In this document: in pieces, positions 62,254 through 64,000 of the stretch
Layout: each line of letters begins with the position of its first letter
How positions within the stretch are numbered: position 1 is the first letter of the stretch
Source of the DNA: Klebsormidium nitens
Lineage: Eukaryota; Plantae; Klebsormidiophyceae
Direction of reading: 5' to 3'
NCBI GenBank assembly: GCA_000708835.1
Contig: DF236994.1
Span: forward strand, 223,257-287,256
Length of the DNA: 64,000 bases
The notes under the pieces: model-generated
What the model saw: only the letters and a program-made list of their open reading frames with translations
Databases searched by the model: none
What the model was told of the DNA's origin: nothing
Translations under genes and position numbers: made by a program

Positions 62254-64000
62254 TGTACCCCTAAGCGGAATATGACAGCTCGTAAGCTTCCTTAGTGTCT
62301 ACATATTACTCAGGAAGACGGTTAGCTTTGACAATCTTTACAGAAAGAGGCCTTAATCCTGATTACCTTATTTCTTTGTTCGTTAACGCTCTCAGACGAA
62401 CTCTGATGGAAGTAGCCTTGACTCATTGAAAGCACTATAAGCGCATGTGAGCAAGAGCAACGGCAGGTCTTCATTGACTTGAGCAGGTTGTCGAAAGCTT
62501 TTTTTTTGCATGCGGGAGACAATCCTTGCGGCTCAAAAAAGAAAGGGCAGAACGTCCAACGGACGTCCAATCGAGCCATATCAATGATTCAACTGGGTGG
62601 CAATTGTTGGGCTGCACAGTGCCCCTGAAGAACTTGTCCTCTGTTTGATTCCAAGATGGAAGCAGTCATCTCCCCGCCCTATACTCAGATATGTTGCAAC
62701 GAGTCTCTTGATCACCTTAATGACCGAAGGCCCGTATAATTGTTGCCTTGTTGAGTCTTGATGGATAGAAGGGGAAAACACCGTTACTTTTGAGGCCCTT
62801 GCAACGGCACTGGATGATCCGAGCCCACTGAATAAGCGACAATCTCAAATCTCAAATCTCAAGACATCTGTATGCATGTACGAAAGTACCACACAGATTG
62901 AGCGCATGTATATATTACATGCAGCCCATTGATTAACTCCCATCATGAAGGGGATTTCATGGCACAGCATGCAATGTAAGAGATAGACAGGATAGACGGC
63001 GCTCGAGGCATATAGGCAACAGCCTACGTCAGTTCTGTTGGAGATTATCAAGTACGTTGCAAGAAGTCCATCGCATGCCAGCCCATAAAGGCTTGAAGTT
63101 AATCGCTGTCAGTGTACTTGGTCGCTGTACTTGTCAACAACATGAAAGGTAACTATATTGAGACCGGGCAAAAGCCATCCTTCAGTGCTAGGTACCTGTT
63201 CTTCGGCACTTCTTCGGGATGGCAATAATACCAACTCGCACGCTTTCATCTCCGATTTCCGCCTAGAGCCATGGCCCGTGCATGAGGCATTCCGAGTGAA
63301 GAAGTATTTGTTGCATTTTCTACGTTGAGAACACGTACTGCAAGTTGCGCGTGATCCCCCTCGCGCTCGCCCGATTCTCAAACAGAAGCTCAGGCTGGTT
63401 CGGCCGGGTTACGTGGTGGCGACGATCCCAAAGTGCAGTGCTTTCGGGGAATAGTCCGCCTTCCTAGTTAAGAGATTGTCTCCGCGGTCGATTGGCACTT
63501 CTTCGCTCTGAGAGTCGTCGGCAAAGTCTGCGGGAGGTACTTAAATTAAGTCTCACCCGTCCAGAGTGACATAAGTCGTATCCAACGTACCGTATTGTAC
63601 GACCGGCGCATGTGCTGTGACGTTGGGTGCCGGATACGGGAACCGGCCATCGTGTAACATTCGCAACCGTCGGATGCTGCTGTTTGTACGACCGGCGAAA
63701 TCCAGGACACCTGGCGACGGCCCTTGATTCAATAACAGACTGGCAAAATACAGAACGACTGGCGGACCAGAGGAGGGTCCAACCGGGACCATCCAGCACT
63801 CAAGTGCCGACAAAGTCGATTATATAGGAATTTCATCTCAAAATGGTAATGCATACGTCGGAGCTTACAATTATCTTACACATCAAGACTGAATATTCTG
63901 ATAGTTACGATTCCGTCACAGTATCCTACGTACTTGTGAGTATCCAGCCTGCAAACATAATACGTACATATTCTAGTATTAGTATTGAAGGCTCTAGGTA

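Noticed and set aside
62300-64000. Short ORFs at the window end, including Cys-containing 63109-63381
   Set aside because: No recognisable domain or consistent splice structure; left unannotated.

Overview
Eukaryotic nuclear DNA with spliceosomal introns, high GC3 and land-plant-like genes. It is probably a streptophyte alga such as Klebsormidium, which is an inference and not a database match. I reconstructed 11 spliced genes by hand, checking GT-AG sites and codon phases: ZIP4/SPO22 (5'-truncated), COG4, a TrmH/SpoU RNA methyltransferase, a USP-domain protein, plastid RNase J, a conserved unknown plastid membrane protein, an LRR/multi-pass membrane protein, an O-fucosyltransferase-like protein, a Raf-like kinase, coatomer alpha and TTC4/CNS1. 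The window also has a 368-N gap, a TA-flanked MITE and a long intronic hairpin. The best leads are: (1) a kinase-less receptor with >20 plant-type LRRs fused to an XK-related (scramblase-like) multi-TM module; (2) repeated 'echoes' of exon segments inside adjacent introns (COG4, TrmH, RNase J), the best-preserved of which differ mostly at synonymous sites; (3) CpG-poor domains around gene 5' ends. Family assignments rest on recalled sequence motifs; no searches were run.
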